From: Candidatus Limnocylindrales bacterium
GTDB taxonomy: Bacteria > Moduliflexota > Moduliflexia > Moduliflexales > JAUQPW01
Length of the DNA: 64,000 nucleotides
Reading direction: 5' to 3'
Assembly: GCA_035559535.1 (NCBI GenBank)
Contig: DATMBG010000058.1
Span: 186,001-250,000 of the forward strand
In this document: positions 48,175 through 58,428 of the stretch, in pieces
Layout of the letters: each line of letters starts with the position of its first letter
Position numbering within the stretch: the stretch's first letter is position 1
Position numbers and translations under genes: made by a program
The notes under the pieces: model-generated
Seen by the model: only the letters and a program-made list of their open reading frames with translations
Told to the model about the DNA's origin: nothing
The model's database searches: none

Positions 48175-48801
48175 ATGTCTTTGCAGTTAGGAGCCCCCGT
48201 TCCAGATTTTGAAGCGATCAGTACCCATGGTCCCATCAAATTGTCCAATTATAAAGGACAGTGGGTTCTTCTCTTTTCACATCCTGCCGATTTCACACCG
48301 GTCTGCACCACGGAATTTATTGAATTCGCCAAGAGATATGATGAATTCAAAAAACGTGGGGTCGTGCTGATCGGTAATAGCGTAGATAGCATCTATTCCC
48401 ATATTGCCTGGACCCGAAATATCGAAGAAAAAATGGGTGTAAAAATTCCATTCCCTGTTATCGCGGATCTGGATCAAAAAGTAGCGAAGCTCTACGGTAT
48501 GGTCCATGAACCCACCAGTGTTACGGCGACGGTCCGATGTGTATTCTTCATTGATCCCAATCAGATTTTACGGGCGATGATTTATTATCCCTTAACAACC
48601 GGACGTAACATGGACGAGATTTTACGGGTCATTGACTCCTTGCAGGCGGTAGATAAGTACGGGGTTGCTACTCCTGCAAATTGGCAACCGGGTGATCCTG
48701 TCATTGTTCCGGCTCCTCAAACTACTGAGCTGGCCGAAAAGCGATTGCAAGACCAAAGCGTTGAAGCCAAAGACTGGTACTTTAGCTTGAAGAGAATTTA
48801 A
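48175..48801 (+). CDS. Peroxiredoxin (Prx6/1-Cys-type)
   Basis: FSHPADFTPVCTTE, GRNMDEILR, ATPANW. Confidence 0.95.
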   Translation: MSLQLGAPVPDFEAISTHGPIKLSNYKGQWVLLFSHPADFTPVCTTEFIEFAKRYDEFKKRGVVLIGNSVDSIYSHIAWTRNIEEKMGVKIPFPVIADLDQKVAKLYGMVHEPTSVTATVRCVFFIDPNQILRAMIYYPLTTGRNMDEILRVIDSLQAVDKYGVATPANWQPGDPVIVPAPQTTELAEKRLQDQSVEAKDWYFSLKRI

Positions 48802-48930
48802 TGGAACACAGAGAGGCAGAAACACCGAAACCTGGTGTTTCGGGATATAGACACCTTGGGACGCGGAGACACGGAGACATTTCTCTGCATCTTCCAGTCT
48901 CCGCATCCCCCAGATCCCTTTGAGAATTCC

Positions 48931-50217
48931 TTAAATTTTTTGATCAAATTTACCAGCATAACCCGTCATTTCTACATATCCTTTCCCGGTTACTTTCTGA
49001 TTTCCATAAGAACCTGTTACGTTGACACTCCCTTCCCAGTAAATAACTCCTGTTTTTCCCGGGCGAAGTTCCTGGTTCTCAAAAGCGGGAACTAGTTCCA
49101 GTGCTATTCTGTATCCTGGAATGCGAACTCGCCATTGGATGGGATAATTGCCTCCACTGAAAGGGCTTTGCCAGAATTTAAGAACTTCGATCTGAATCTC
49201 TTCTAACTTTAGGTGTTGCCAGGTTCCGTCTGAAAAAACTAAAGTACCGCTGGAATAAGGGTCCGGATTTCCATTCCTTTGACGCAGATGATAGAACATG
49301 AGTTCCGTTTGATTATCCAACTGAATACTGAACCAATCCCATCCTATCTGGTAATCCTGGAGCTGATTACTCCCAAATTCATGGTCCATCCAGCTAATTC
49401 CGGTTACTTTCATCGGTTGATGCTCTACAAAGAGGGTTCCTTCTGTTTTTAATCGGGTGAAGGAAATATAATGGGAAGCATGTCCGACCCCTTCTGCTTT
49501 CTGGCTGATACCATTTTCTCCATGAATGACGGGACCTTTAAGAGGTGTTAAAATTAAATCGATGGCAAACTTATCCTGGGAGGCCTGGAGATGATGGCTA
49601 CCGTTTTCCTCTTCTCTGACCTTCCAGTCTTCATTCCAGACCAGGTATTTTCCCTCCTCGGCCCCGGCCTTTCCCAGAGCTGCTCGATTCAGTTTCTCTG
49701 TAAAGAAAAATTGCCGACGTGAGATATCCGAGATGGCAAAATGGGCAAAGTAAAGATGTTTCGCAGCCCATCGGGAAGGACTTTCCTGCATCTGCGCATT
49801 CTCTGACCCGACCCTAAAAAAAGTAACCTGATAACCGTATTCATCCCCTTTTTCGGTGGTCAGGTGCCCGGTATAATACCACCACTCGGTTTTAAAATCG
49901 TTGTGGGATCCATAGTCTTTGGGAAAAGAGTAAACATAGCCGGGTAAAGCCTGTTTAAATAAGTAGGAAGGAGGAGTCTCGCTCGCCTCAATAAAAACGG
50001 GAAGCATTAAAAAACAAAAGATAAAAGCCAGAAAACCAGACCGGTTCTTTGCCCGCTTCTGTTCCCCATGACCCTCCGGCTCCTCTCCTACGCTGTAAAA
50101 CAGGGAAGAAGATAAAAGGTTATAATCTCTTCGTTTCCTTTCCCTTAAAGCCCCAGGAGAGGAGTCAAGGGCAGGAATCGATATAACTTCAATCCTGGAT
50201 TCTTGTTGCTTATTCAT
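48931..50217 (-). CDS. AttH/CrtC-like lipocalin-domain protein
   Basis: H..FKTEWWYYTG, WMDHEF, GWDWF, YWEG, GYVEMTGY; start uncertain. Confidence 0.85.
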   Translation of the reverse strand: MNKQQESRIEVISIPALDSSPGALRERKRRDYNLLSSSLFYSVGEEPEGHGEQKRAKNRSGFLAFIFCFLMLPVFIEASETPPSYLFKQALPGYVYSFPKDYGSHNDFKTEWWYYTGHLTTEKGDEYGYQVTFFRVGSENAQMQESPSRWAAKHLYFAHFAISDISRRQFFFTEKLNRAALGKAGAEEGKYLVWNEDWKVREEENGSHHLQASQDKFAIDLILTPLKGPVIHGENGISQKAEGVGHASHYISFTRLKTEGTLFVEHQPMKVTGISWMDHEFGSNQLQDYQIGWDWFSIQLDNQTELMFYHLRQRNGNPDPYSSGTLVFSDGTWQHLKLEEIQIEVLKFWQSPFSGGNYPIQWRVRIPGYRIALELVPAFENQELRPGKTGVIYWEGSVNVTGSYGNQKVTGKGYVEMTGYAGKFDQKI

Positions 50218-52888
50218 AACGCATTGTTTCTACAACCCTTAGTTGAACTGCCTGCTTAGCTGGAAAATATCCGGCCAGGATCGAGGTGATCAAAACGATC
50301 AACAGCGACTTTGGAATGAGTATAAACGGAAAGAAAAACTGAATGGTCCAACCGAAGGATTGTTTGTTAATGACATAAATGAGGATAAAAGACAGGAAAA
50401 TACCTGTAATCAAACCCAGGAGTTGACTGATGATTCCCATAAGCCCGGCTTCATAAAGAATTATCTTCATGATTTGGGTTCCGGTAGCTCCCACAGATCG
50501 GAGGATTCCGATTTCCCGCCTGCGCTCTAAAATCGAAGCTAAAAGGGCGTTAGCAATTCCTAAAACGGCCACAATAATTGCGATTAGCTCTAATCCCGAA
50601 GTAATGGCAAAGGTCTGATCGAAAATATCCAGGACGGTCTCCCGCAGGGTTCGATTGGTTATTACCGTGATATTATGGGTTTTTCCGAAGCGATTCAGGA
50701 TAGCTTCCCGGACTTTTTGAAGGTCGGTATCGGGTTTGAGATAAACAATCAGGCTGTTCACAAAGGGATCCTTCCAGTATTTCTTGAAGAGCTGTCGGTC
50801 CAGAACAATCATGCCGTGTTCGGTGGAATAACTGTAGAAAACCCCGGCTATGGGAACTTGAAGTTCTCCCGAAGGGCTATTCAAGGTTAACGTATCGCCC
50901 ACATTCAGGCCGTACTTGACAGAGAAACTTTCAGAAACCAGGGCTTCTCCCTTTTCAAGGGCCTGTTCTAAAATTTTGTGCTTCTCACCCTTTAAGAATA
51001 ACATGTTTCCATACTCTTTAAAAACCCGGAAATCCCCGGCCCCCAGAGTAACCGGTCCCAGGGTCTGGAGTTCATTATCCGTTCCAGATTCTGAGTTTAG
51101 GAAAGAGGTTTGAGATTGGCTATCCTTTGCTTGTTTTAGATAATTGATTTTCAAAGTTCGGAAGGAATCCACCGCTGCAACCCCTTCCACTTCCTTGAGT
51201 TCTTCGACCATTTCTTCCGGAACTCTGGCTTCAGCTCCCTGGGTAAATCGGGTGATGGGAGCCACGATCAGATCTCCGGTTATCGTTTCATTGACCCAGA
51301 TCTCGACCGTTTTTCGAAAGCTGCTGACCATGATGGTTACCCCGACTACCATGGCCAGTGCAGTCATAAGTGCAGCGACGGCCAGGGTGGTACGACCTAA
51401 GGTTTGAACCAGATAGTTACCGGCCAGCTTCCCCTCTGTTTTGAGGAGTCGGCTTATCAGAGGATTCGTTAGCCAATTAAAGAAAACGATGAAAGCCGGG
51501 GTAAGAAAAGCAACTCCTAATATTAAGAGAAGTGCAGAGGCATACCCGTAGATAGGAACCTGGCCGATGACCCCGGTGGAGTCATTCAGAGGGAATTTCT
51601 GGATGGCTGCCAGATAAGCCAGGCCAAGTAAAACTCCTCCTGACAGGGAGATCTTCAGATAATTTTGGGGTTGTTTTAAAGGATAAGCCCCTTCTTGAAA
51701 AGCTTCCCGGGGAGATATCCGAGAAGCTTCAAAAACAGGGATCAGGGCCGATAGAACTGATACTAAAATTCCCAGCAGAAATCCTTCTACAATAAGTTCA
51801 GGGGTCCAGATTATCGAATCGGTCTGAACCGGTACATAAAGGGAAGAAACCGTGAGGGTCATGGCTTTTAAAGCTCCTCGGGCCAGTAAAAGAGCTAAAA
51901 ACAATCCCAGTACGGAACCCAGAAAACCGATGAGACTCGCTTCCAGCAAAAAGAAAAGCCGGATCTGACCCCGGGTCACTCCCAATGCCCGCAAGGTCCC
52001 GATCTCTTTTCTTCGTCGAACAACCGAGATGGCCAGGGTGTTATAAATCAGAAACATTCCCACCAGGAGGGCAATGGCACTCAGAACCGTTAAATTGATC
52101 TGAAAGGAATGAAGCAATTTCTGAACTTGCAGGTTTCGAGACTGGGGTCGTTCCACTCTGAGGTGGGGAGGTAACATAGCCTTCAACCGGGCGATAACCT
52201 TCGGGATCTGGGCATCGTCGACAATTAAATCGATTCGATCTAACTTCCCAACTTTGTTAAAAGCAACTTGAGCGGCAGCAATATCCATAATGGCTATGTT
52301 CCCACTCTGAGCTTTAGCCGTACCTTCCTGTTCCAACAGTCTTTTTACTTTAAACGTTAACACCTTCTCGTTCGCCGCCAGTTTAATGGAAGAACCCACC
52401 GAAAATCCGTGTTCTTCGGCAAATTTCCGGGTTAGTATAATGGCCTGGGGATCCCATAAAAGTTCCAGGAAATCTCGGGTGGGATCGGTGGTCTGGGTCT
52501 GCCTGGAAAATTTATACTCTCGAACGGTAGAATCTCCCAACACATCGACTCCTAAAACCAGCAAAACCTCTCCCTGGGATCCGGCCAGTAAAGTCGTGGT
52601 TTGAACAACCGGGCTCATCTGCCGGATTCCTTCTACCTCTCGAACTATCGGCAATATCATTTCGTCGAACCCTGCCTCCCCGGCAGAAATCTGTAAAGTT
52701 GCTCTGCCTGAAATAGCTTCCAGAGAAGTTTTGAAGGATTCTAAGATACTTACATTGGCCAACCGGATGGCCAGAAAAACAGCTACTCCCAAAGCAACTC
52801 CGATCACCGTGAGGAGCATTTTGATTTTTTCTTGGAAAATGGGACGAAAAACTAAATGCTTGCAGAGCCTTAATCCTTGAGAGATCAT
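50210..52888 (-). CDS. FtsX/MacB-type ABC permease (duplicated, AttF/G-like)
   Basis: Two RRxEIGxLRxxG motifs; large periplasmic loops. Confidence 0.9.
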   Translation of the reverse strand: MISQGLRLCKHLVFRPIFQEKIKMLLTVIGVALGVAVFLAIRLANVSILESFKTSLEAISGRATLQISAGEAGFDEMILPIVREVEGIRQMSPVVQTTTLLAGSQGEVLLVLGVDVLGDSTVREYKFSRQTQTTDPTRDFLELLWDPQAIILTRKFAEEHGFSVGSSIKLAANEKVLTFKVKRLLEQEGTAKAQSGNIAIMDIAAAQVAFNKVGKLDRIDLIVDDAQIPKVIARLKAMLPPHLRVERPQSRNLQVQKLLHSFQINLTVLSAIALLVGMFLIYNTLAISVVRRRKEIGTLRALGVTRGQIRLFFLLEASLIGFLGSVLGLFLALLLARGALKAMTLTVSSLYVPVQTDSIIWTPELIVEGFLLGILVSVLSALIPVFEASRISPREAFQEGAYPLKQPQNYLKISLSGGVLLGLAYLAAIQKFPLNDSTGVIGQVPIYGYASALLLILGVAFLTPAFIVFFNWLTNPLISRLLKTEGKLAGNYLVQTLGRTTLAVAALMTALAMVVGVTIMVSSFRKTVEIWVNETITGDLIVAPITRFTQGAEARVPEEMVEELKEVEGVAAVDSFRTLKINYLKQAKDSQSQTSFLNSESGTDNELQTLGPVTLGAGDFRVFKEYGNMLFLKGEKHKILEQALEKGEALVSESFSVKYGLNVGDTLTLNSPSGELQVPIAGVFYSYSTEHGMIVLDRQLFKKYWKDPFVNSLIVYLKPDTDLQKVREAILNRFGKTHNITVITNRTLRETVLDIFDQTFAITSGLELIAIIVAVLGIANALLASILERRREIGILRSVGATGTQIMKIILYEAGLMGIISQLLGLITGIFLSFILIYVINKQSFGWTIQFFFPFILIPKSLLIVLITSILAGYFPAKQAVQLRVVETMRYE

Positions 52889-52941
52889 ACTTCATAATAG
52901 GGTAGCACGAAGTTCAAACGCGTGCAACCGATTTGTTGTTC

Positions 52942-52969
52942 GTGGAGACCCGGCACGCCGTGTCCCTAC
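52942..52969. repeat. GTAG/CTAC-type REP
   Basis: GTGGAGACCCGGCACGCCGTGTCCCTAC hairpin. Confidence 0.65.
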
Positions 52970-52977
52970 CGGGCTCA

Positions 52978-53006
52978 TTGACACTCTTTCCTTTCACGAT
53001 TATATT
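52978..53006 (+). promoter_or_regulatory. Sigma70 promoter
   Basis: TTGACA-N17-TATATT upstream of the 53060 gene. Confidence 0.7.
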
Positions 53007-53059
53007 GGTTTCCAATGAGTAGCTTAAACGTCCTCGTTTGAGGGTGGAGGTAACAGAAA

Positions 53060-54226
53060 ATGGATACGTTAACCCATGGATTGGCCGGTGCGCTCATTGC
53101 TAAAACCGGATTTAGTCAACGAATAGGAAAAGTGGCAACCACGGTTCTGGTAGTCAGTGCAGTTTTCCCGGATAGCGATGTTATCGTGGATCTGGTGGGA
53201 AATGAGTTTCTCTATTTAAGATATCATCGGAGTTTAACCCACTCTTTTTTAGGCGCTCTCTTCTTTTCAGCCTTATTGGCAGGTATTTTTTATCGATTTA
53301 GTACCTATAAAAAATACTGGAATCTCTATTTCCTCTCCTTGCTGGGTATCCTCAGCCACATCTTTTTAGACTTACCAACTTCATTCGGAACCATGATCTT
53401 TTTTCCCTTCAGTGATCGGCGGGTTGCCTGGGATATGATTTTTATTATCGACCTGATCTTTACGGGAATTATTGTAACCCCTCAGCTCATCGTCTGGATT
53501 TATCTAAATCCCTCTTCCCGAGGTGGGAAGTCCTCCCCACCTCTCTTCTCTCCTTTCTCCAACCCCTTCCGTCGTGCAGGGTTTGTCTGTTTTATGTTTT
53601 ACCTTCTGGCTTTCTCCGTGACCCTTTTCCTTTCCCGACTGGTTCACAAGGAAGTTCCCTGGAAGGTTCTCCTTGGGATAATCCTTCTTTTTACCGCCCT
53701 CATCCTGGTTCCTGGAATAAAGGGATGGATTTATCGACTGGACAGAACCGTCCCCTGTCGAATTGGATTAATCGTTCTCCTTTTCTACATGGGACTTTGT
53801 TGGATGAATCATTGGATAGCCTTGAAAAAGGTGGAGGATTACATCCAGAAACAAGGGCTTCAGGTTGTCAGCTATGCGGCCTTTCCACAACCCCTTTCGC
53901 CCTTTAACTGGTCCGGTGTTATCAAAACCCGAGAAGCTTCTTATCAGAATTGGTTCAATATTTTAACGCCTCAAATGCCTGAATTTTCAGTTTTTCAAGA
54001 TCCCCCAAAAAATGAGTACCTTACCATGGCCGAGAATCTTCCCGTTGTCCAATTATTCCTGTGGTTTGCCAGGTTTCCTGTGATTACGTATCAAACTTTA
54101 GGTTCTACCCACATCATAGAATACTTCGATTTAAGGTTCAACTCCAGGCTTCGACGTACCCCCTTTGTCCTTGAAATTATTATCGGACCCAATGGCGAGG
54201 TAATCCGGCAAGGGTTTGCAAATTAG
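53060..54226 (+). CDS. YdjM-like membrane metal-dependent hydrolase
   Basis: MDTLTH, PDSD, HRSLTHS, SHIFLD, C-terminal DLRF. Confidence 0.88.
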   Translation: MDTLTHGLAGALIAKTGFSQRIGKVATTVLVVSAVFPDSDVIVDLVGNEFLYLRYHRSLTHSFLGALFFSALLAGIFYRFSTYKKYWNLYFLSLLGILSHIFLDLPTSFGTMIFFPFSDRRVAWDMIFIIDLIFTGIIVTPQLIVWIYLNPSSRGGKSSPPLFSPFSNPFRRAGFVCFMFYLLAFSVTLFLSRLVHKEVPWKVLLGIILLFTALILVPGIKGWIYRLDRTVPCRIGLIVLLFYMGLCWMNHWIALKKVEDYIQKQGLQVVSYAAFPQPLSPFNWSGVIKTREASYQNWFNILTPQMPEFSVFQDPPKNEYLTMAENLPVVQLFLWFARFPVITYQTLGSTHIIEYFDLRFNSRLRRTPFVLEIIIGPNGEVIRQGFAN

Positions 54227-54435
54227 GGGGAAATCTCCTGGATAAACTCCCTTAACTTCCTGGCCACCTCCGGAAAGAGGGCCGTTCCGTCTACAACCGT
54301 TTCAGCCAACTGTTTGGTATAGGTTTTAATTCGGGTTTGGATGTCGGAGGGATATTGTTTGAGATCCAGGTTCCCCAGCAGGGCTGTGGAAATTTTATTA
54401 ATCTCATATTTTCTCGATTTTTGAGCCTCTTCCAT
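54223..54435 (-). CDS. Small hypothetical protein (70 aa)
   Basis: ATG 54435, MEEAQKSRK...; the track's upstream extension is repeat DNA. Confidence 0.45.
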   Translation of the reverse strand: MEEAQKSRKYEINKISTALLGNLDLKQYPSDIQTRIKTYTKQLAETVVDGTALFPEVARKLREFIQEISP

Positions 54436-54444
54436 GCGTAGAGT

Positions 54445-54620
54445 AAGTATGGGGGTGTGGGAGTGTGGGGGTACGGGGGTATGGAGGTATGGGGGTATGG
54501 GAGTTGGGAGTATATTCTTCCTCCCGCACTCCCATACTTCCACCCTTCCACCCTTCCATACCCTCCACCCTTCCACACCCCCCCACCCTTCCACCCTCCC
54601 ACCCCCCCATACTCCCATAC
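54445..54620. repeat. Array of ~8-bp purine/pyrimidine repeats (GGGRGTRT / CACCCTTC)
   Basis: Tandem 8-mers in inverted arrangement directly after the mutS stop. Confidence 0.8.
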
Positions 54621-57344
54621 TCAGCTTTCTACTTTCTTTTGTAACTCGGCCAATTTATTCAAGGCTTCCAGAGGGGTTAGGGTATTCACATTCAAGCTTT
54701 TCAACTCCTCGATCACCGGGTGAGGTTGTGAAGGAGGTTCCGGCGAAGAGATGGGGGTAAAAAGGGTTAGTTGGAGGTTATTTTTAAGGATCTTCTGAGA
54801 TTTTTTTACTTTTCCAACGGTTGAAACTCCTCTATGGTCCAGTCCGTCGGCTTCTAAATGGGATAGGATTTCCTTAGCTCGCTGAAGGACTTCTGAGGGT
54901 AGGCCGGCCAGTCGAGCCACCTGAATACCGTAACTGCGATCGGTTCCTCCCTTTATGATTTTTCGAAGAAAAATGATTTCATCATTTTGTTCTTTGACGG
55001 CCACGTTATAGTTTTGGACACCGGGTAAGGTTGAGGCGAGTTCGGTCAATTCATGGTAATGGGTTGCAAAAAGGGTTTTGGCTCCTATTTTATTTGCGAT
55101 ATATTCAGCCACTGCCCAGGCAATGCTAAGGCCATCATAGGTGCTGGTTCCTCGTCCGATTTCATCCAGGATAATCAGGCTCTTTCGAGTGGCGTTATTC
55201 AGAATGTTGGCCGTTTCATTCATTTCCACCATGAAAGTACTTTCCCCTCCGGTCAGATTATCGGAAGCCCCTACCCGGGTAAAGATACGATCTACAAGGC
55301 CAATGGTGGCTTTTTTAGCCGGAACAAAACTGCCGATTTGAGCCATTAGAACAATTAAAGCCACCTGACGGAGGAAGGTCGATTTTCCGGCCATGTTCGG
55401 CCCGGTAATGATCAGGAGGGTATTTCCTTCAGTGTCTAGATAGACATCATTGGGGATAAAGGCCTCCTCTCTACGGAGTTGCTCCACGACCGGGTGTCGC
55501 CCTTCAATAATTTCGATCTTATCCCCGTCGTTCACCTGGGGTCGGGTATAGTTATAACGAGCGGCCACTTCGGCCAGGGAGGAGAGGACATCTAACTGGG
55601 CTAAGGCCCGAGCAGTACTTAAAATCCGCTCGGATTCTTTGGAAACCGATTCCCGGACCTGCTGGAAGAGTTGATATTCCAGTTCTACGATCCGCTCTTC
55701 AGCTCCCAGAACTTTGGCCTCATATTCTTTCAAAGCAGGGGTGATAAATCGCACGCAATTCACCAGGGTTTGTTTGGTAATGTAATCCTCTGGAACCATG
55801 GAAAGGTTGGGGTTGGTTACTTCGATAAAGTAGCCAAAGACCTTATTGTAGCGAACTTTCAAGGAGTTGATCCGGGTCCGTTGCCGTTCGGTTTGTTCCA
55901 GATGGGCAATCCAATCCTTTCCTTCCCGACATATTTTTCGGAGTTCATCCAGCTCCTGGTTATAGCCTTCTTTGATGAGACCCCCTTCCCTCAAGGTGAT
56001 AGGCGGTTCATTGACAATAGCCCGATCGATGAGCTCGCCGATATCCGAAAGTTCATCGCAGGCCTGGATCAAATCTTGAATTAAGGATGACCGACCTGTG
56101 ACTGCCGATTGCAGGAGGTTCTTAATGGCCGGGATTTTCCAAATGGAAAGTTTAAGGGCGACCAAATCCCGGGCGTTGGCGGCCATAAGGGTCAACCGCC
56201 CGATAAGGCGCTCTAGGTCATAGACTCCGTCGAGAAGTTCTCGCAAATCCCCACGTAGAATTAAATTGTCCTTAAATTCTGCTACGGCCTCCAGCCGCTG
56301 CTCAATAGCTTTAAGGTCTAGTAAAGGGTGCTTCAACCAGGCTTGCAGGGTTCGCCCCCCCATGGCCGTCATTGTGCAATCCAAAAGTCCCAACAAAGAG
56401 CCTTGCCGGGAGTGGTCCAGAATAGTTCGGGTCAACTCCAGGTTCCGCTGGGAAGCCGCATCTAGGACCATGTAATCTTCCACATTAAAGACCCGAAGGC
56501 TTCGAATGTGATCCAAGGAAGTTTTTTGCGTTTCCTGGATATAGCTCAATAAAGCTCCAGCTGCAGAGATACCCCGAAATAAGCCCTGGCAACCAAATCC
56601 CGATAGAGAAGCGGTTTTGAAGTGTTCTCGAAGCATACGCTCGGCATTTTCATACAGGAATGCTTGGGGGGGATAATGGGTAATACAGAATTTAGAGGTC
56701 GGATGCCAGAAGCCATGGGTCAGAGTTTCTTGTTTCTTATTTTTTACTTCTTGTTTCTTGGAATGGCCGAATAACTCGGTCAGAAGCAAGGATTCTTCCC
56801 CTATTTCAGGGACCAGGATCTCTTTAGGTTCTACCCGTTCCAGTTCATCCTTCAACTTTTGGACCTTCTGGGACCCTCGAAATTCTGAAATGCGAAATTC
56901 TCCGGTGGATATATCCAGCAGAGCCATGCCGATGACCTGATCCTTTTGGGCAAGGGCAACAATAAAGTTATTCTCCTTGGCTTCCAACATTCGGGTGTCC
57001 AGAACTGTTCCCGGGGTAACTACCCGAATTACATCCCGTTTAACGAGCCCCTTAGCAAATTTAGGATCTTCAAGCTGTTCACAAATAGCTACCCGAAAAC
57101 CATTTCTGACCAGTTTGGCCAGATAAGAATCCACAGCATGGTGGGGAACCCCACACATGGGAACTCCTTTTTCTTCCTTATGCGTCCGCCGAGAGGTCAG
57201 GGTAATCTGAAGAACCCTGGAAGCTACTTCAGCATCCTGATCAAACATTTCATAGAAGTCCCCCATCCGAAAAAGAACGATGGTATCCGGGTAATCCTTC
57301 TTAATCTGCCAGTATTGTTGCATTAAGGGAGTTAACTCGTACAT
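54621..57344 (-). CDS. mutS: DNA mismatch repair protein MutS
   Basis: TPLMQQY, GDFYE, TGPNMAGKST, DEIGRGTST, SYGIQVA. Confidence 0.98.
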   Translation of the reverse strand: MYELTPLMQQYWQIKKDYPDTIVLFRMGDFYEMFDQDAEVASRVLQITLTSRRTHKEEKGVPMCGVPHHAVDSYLAKLVRNGFRVAICEQLEDPKFAKGLVKRDVIRVVTPGTVLDTRMLEAKENNFIVALAQKDQVIGMALLDISTGEFRISEFRGSQKVQKLKDELERVEPKEILVPEIGEESLLLTELFGHSKKQEVKNKKQETLTHGFWHPTSKFCITHYPPQAFLYENAERMLREHFKTASLSGFGCQGLFRGISAAGALLSYIQETQKTSLDHIRSLRVFNVEDYMVLDAASQRNLELTRTILDHSRQGSLLGLLDCTMTAMGGRTLQAWLKHPLLDLKAIEQRLEAVAEFKDNLILRGDLRELLDGVYDLERLIGRLTLMAANARDLVALKLSIWKIPAIKNLLQSAVTGRSSLIQDLIQACDELSDIGELIDRAIVNEPPITLREGGLIKEGYNQELDELRKICREGKDWIAHLEQTERQRTRINSLKVRYNKVFGYFIEVTNPNLSMVPEDYITKQTLVNCVRFITPALKEYEAKVLGAEERIVELEYQLFQQVRESVSKESERILSTARALAQLDVLSSLAEVAARYNYTRPQVNDGDKIEIIEGRHPVVEQLRREEAFIPNDVYLDTEGNTLLIITGPNMAGKSTFLRQVALIVLMAQIGSFVPAKKATIGLVDRIFTRVGASDNLTGGESTFMVEMNETANILNNATRKSLIILDEIGRGTSTYDGLSIAWAVAEYIANKIGAKTLFATHYHELTELASTLPGVQNYNVAVKEQNDEIIFLRKIIKGGTDRSYGIQVARLAGLPSEVLQRAKEILSHLEADGLDHRGVSTVGKVKKSQKILKNNLQLTLFTPISSPEPPSQPHPVIEELKSLNVNTLTPLEALNKLAELQKKVES

Positions 57345-57416
57345 CTTACAAGTACTGGATGTTGAGTACTGAGTGCCAAGTAAGACAGAACAACTCAGTT
57401 CTTATTTAACTCAGTA

Positions 57417-58040
57417 CTATACTTTCCACTCATCTCGCTGATTCTGGGCGAGAATCTCCGTCAGTTCCATGGAGCGCTTCTCCATTTCCAAGACCAGGCG
57501 ATCTACTTTCTCAGCAAAATAGTTATGGAAAACCAGGGTTGGAATGGCAACGGTCAACCCTGCAGCGGTAGCGATAAGGGCTTCCGAAATACCTGCAGCC
57601 AATTTTTCCGGTTGTCCCACGCCTACCACAGAGATCACACTGAATGCTTTAATCATTCCGCTTACCGTTCCCAGTAATCCCAACAATGGGGCTATCCCTG
57701 CAATGGTATTCAAAACCCCCAAATACTTTTCCAACTTGGCCGCTTCATGTCGCCCGGCATCTTCAATAGCTTCTTTAATCTCATCCCGACCAAAATAGTA
57801 TTTCATAATTCCGGCTTCCAGAACTTTAGCGATGGGCTTATCGCTCTTGGAACAGATAGCCAGAACTTCATTAATATGACCTTCCAGGAGGAGGGCTTTA
57901 ATACGATTAAAAAATATCCGGGGAACCACCCGTTCGGTTCTCAAGCTCAGGAACCGTTCGATGATGATTGCCACGGATAGCACTGAACAAAACAGGATGG
58001 GAATCATGATATACCCACCCTTAATCAGTAAGTCAAACAT
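57417..58040 (-). CDS. MotA/TolQ/ExbB proton channel protein
   Basis: APLLGLLGTVSGMI, GISEALIATAAGL.VAIP. Confidence 0.93.
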   Translation of the reverse strand: MFDLLIKGGYIMIPILFCSVLSVAIIIERFLSLRTERVVPRIFFNRIKALLLEGHINEVLAICSKSDKPIAKVLEAGIMKYYFGRDEIKEAIEDAGRHEAAKLEKYLGVLNTIAGIAPLLGLLGTVSGMIKAFSVISVVGVGQPEKLAAGISEALIATAAGLTVAIPTLVFHNYFAEKVDRLVLEMEKRSMELTEILAQNQRDEWKV

Positions 58041-58118
58041 GTACTCCCCTATTTAAAGCATCTGAAGTCCGATTCAAACCCCAGATTTACATGAAATAGA
58101 ATTTTTTACCTTTTCTGG

Positions 58119-58259
58119 TTAAAAATGGGATCCAGGCTCTCCTTACAAGGAGCCTTTGGACTGAGCTCAGAATAAACAGGCAACAAAGCCTTCTCCCTAC
58201 ACCAGCAGAGGACTTCACTCCCCTCGCCACGCGCTATGGCTTCCCTCACGTATTATTCT
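58119..58259 (-). other. Candidate structured leader with terminator-like hairpin
   Basis: Closing stem AGAAUAA/UUAUUCU around three hairpins, then a GC hairpin (58131-58160) and a U-rich tract. Confidence 0.4.
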
Positions 58260-58335
58260 CAACTTGAGAAAGTATGAAATTAACTCTTTCTTGGATAAGG
58301 TGTGTAATTTTGCTTTTATCTTTCATCATTATAAG

Positions 58336-58365
58336 ATTATAAGAAGTCAGCTAATTCGGTGTCAA
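58336..58365 (-). promoter_or_regulatory. Consensus sigma70 promoter
   Basis: TTGACA-N18-TATAAT on the minus strand. Confidence 0.8.
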
Positions 58366-58428
58366 GCGGTAAAACCGGGGAGAAGAGGATTTAGAGCTTA
58401 TGGAAGAAAAAAATCTTGTCAAAACCTG

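Noticed and set aside
54291-54760. Several overlapping G/W/P/H-rich ORFs
   Set aside because: They are stop-free readings of the octamer repeat array; the same applies to 34551-34766.
58234-58248. Sec readthrough of the uORF's TGA
   Set aside because: It would add only U-G-K-P before a TAG, with no redox-motif context.
58190-58250. Cobalamin/FMN/yybP riboswitch assignment for the exbB leader
   Set aside because: Only fragments match (GGGAA, GTGAA, GGGAGAAG, GGGGAGT); the core conserved boxes are absent, so it is kept as unknown.
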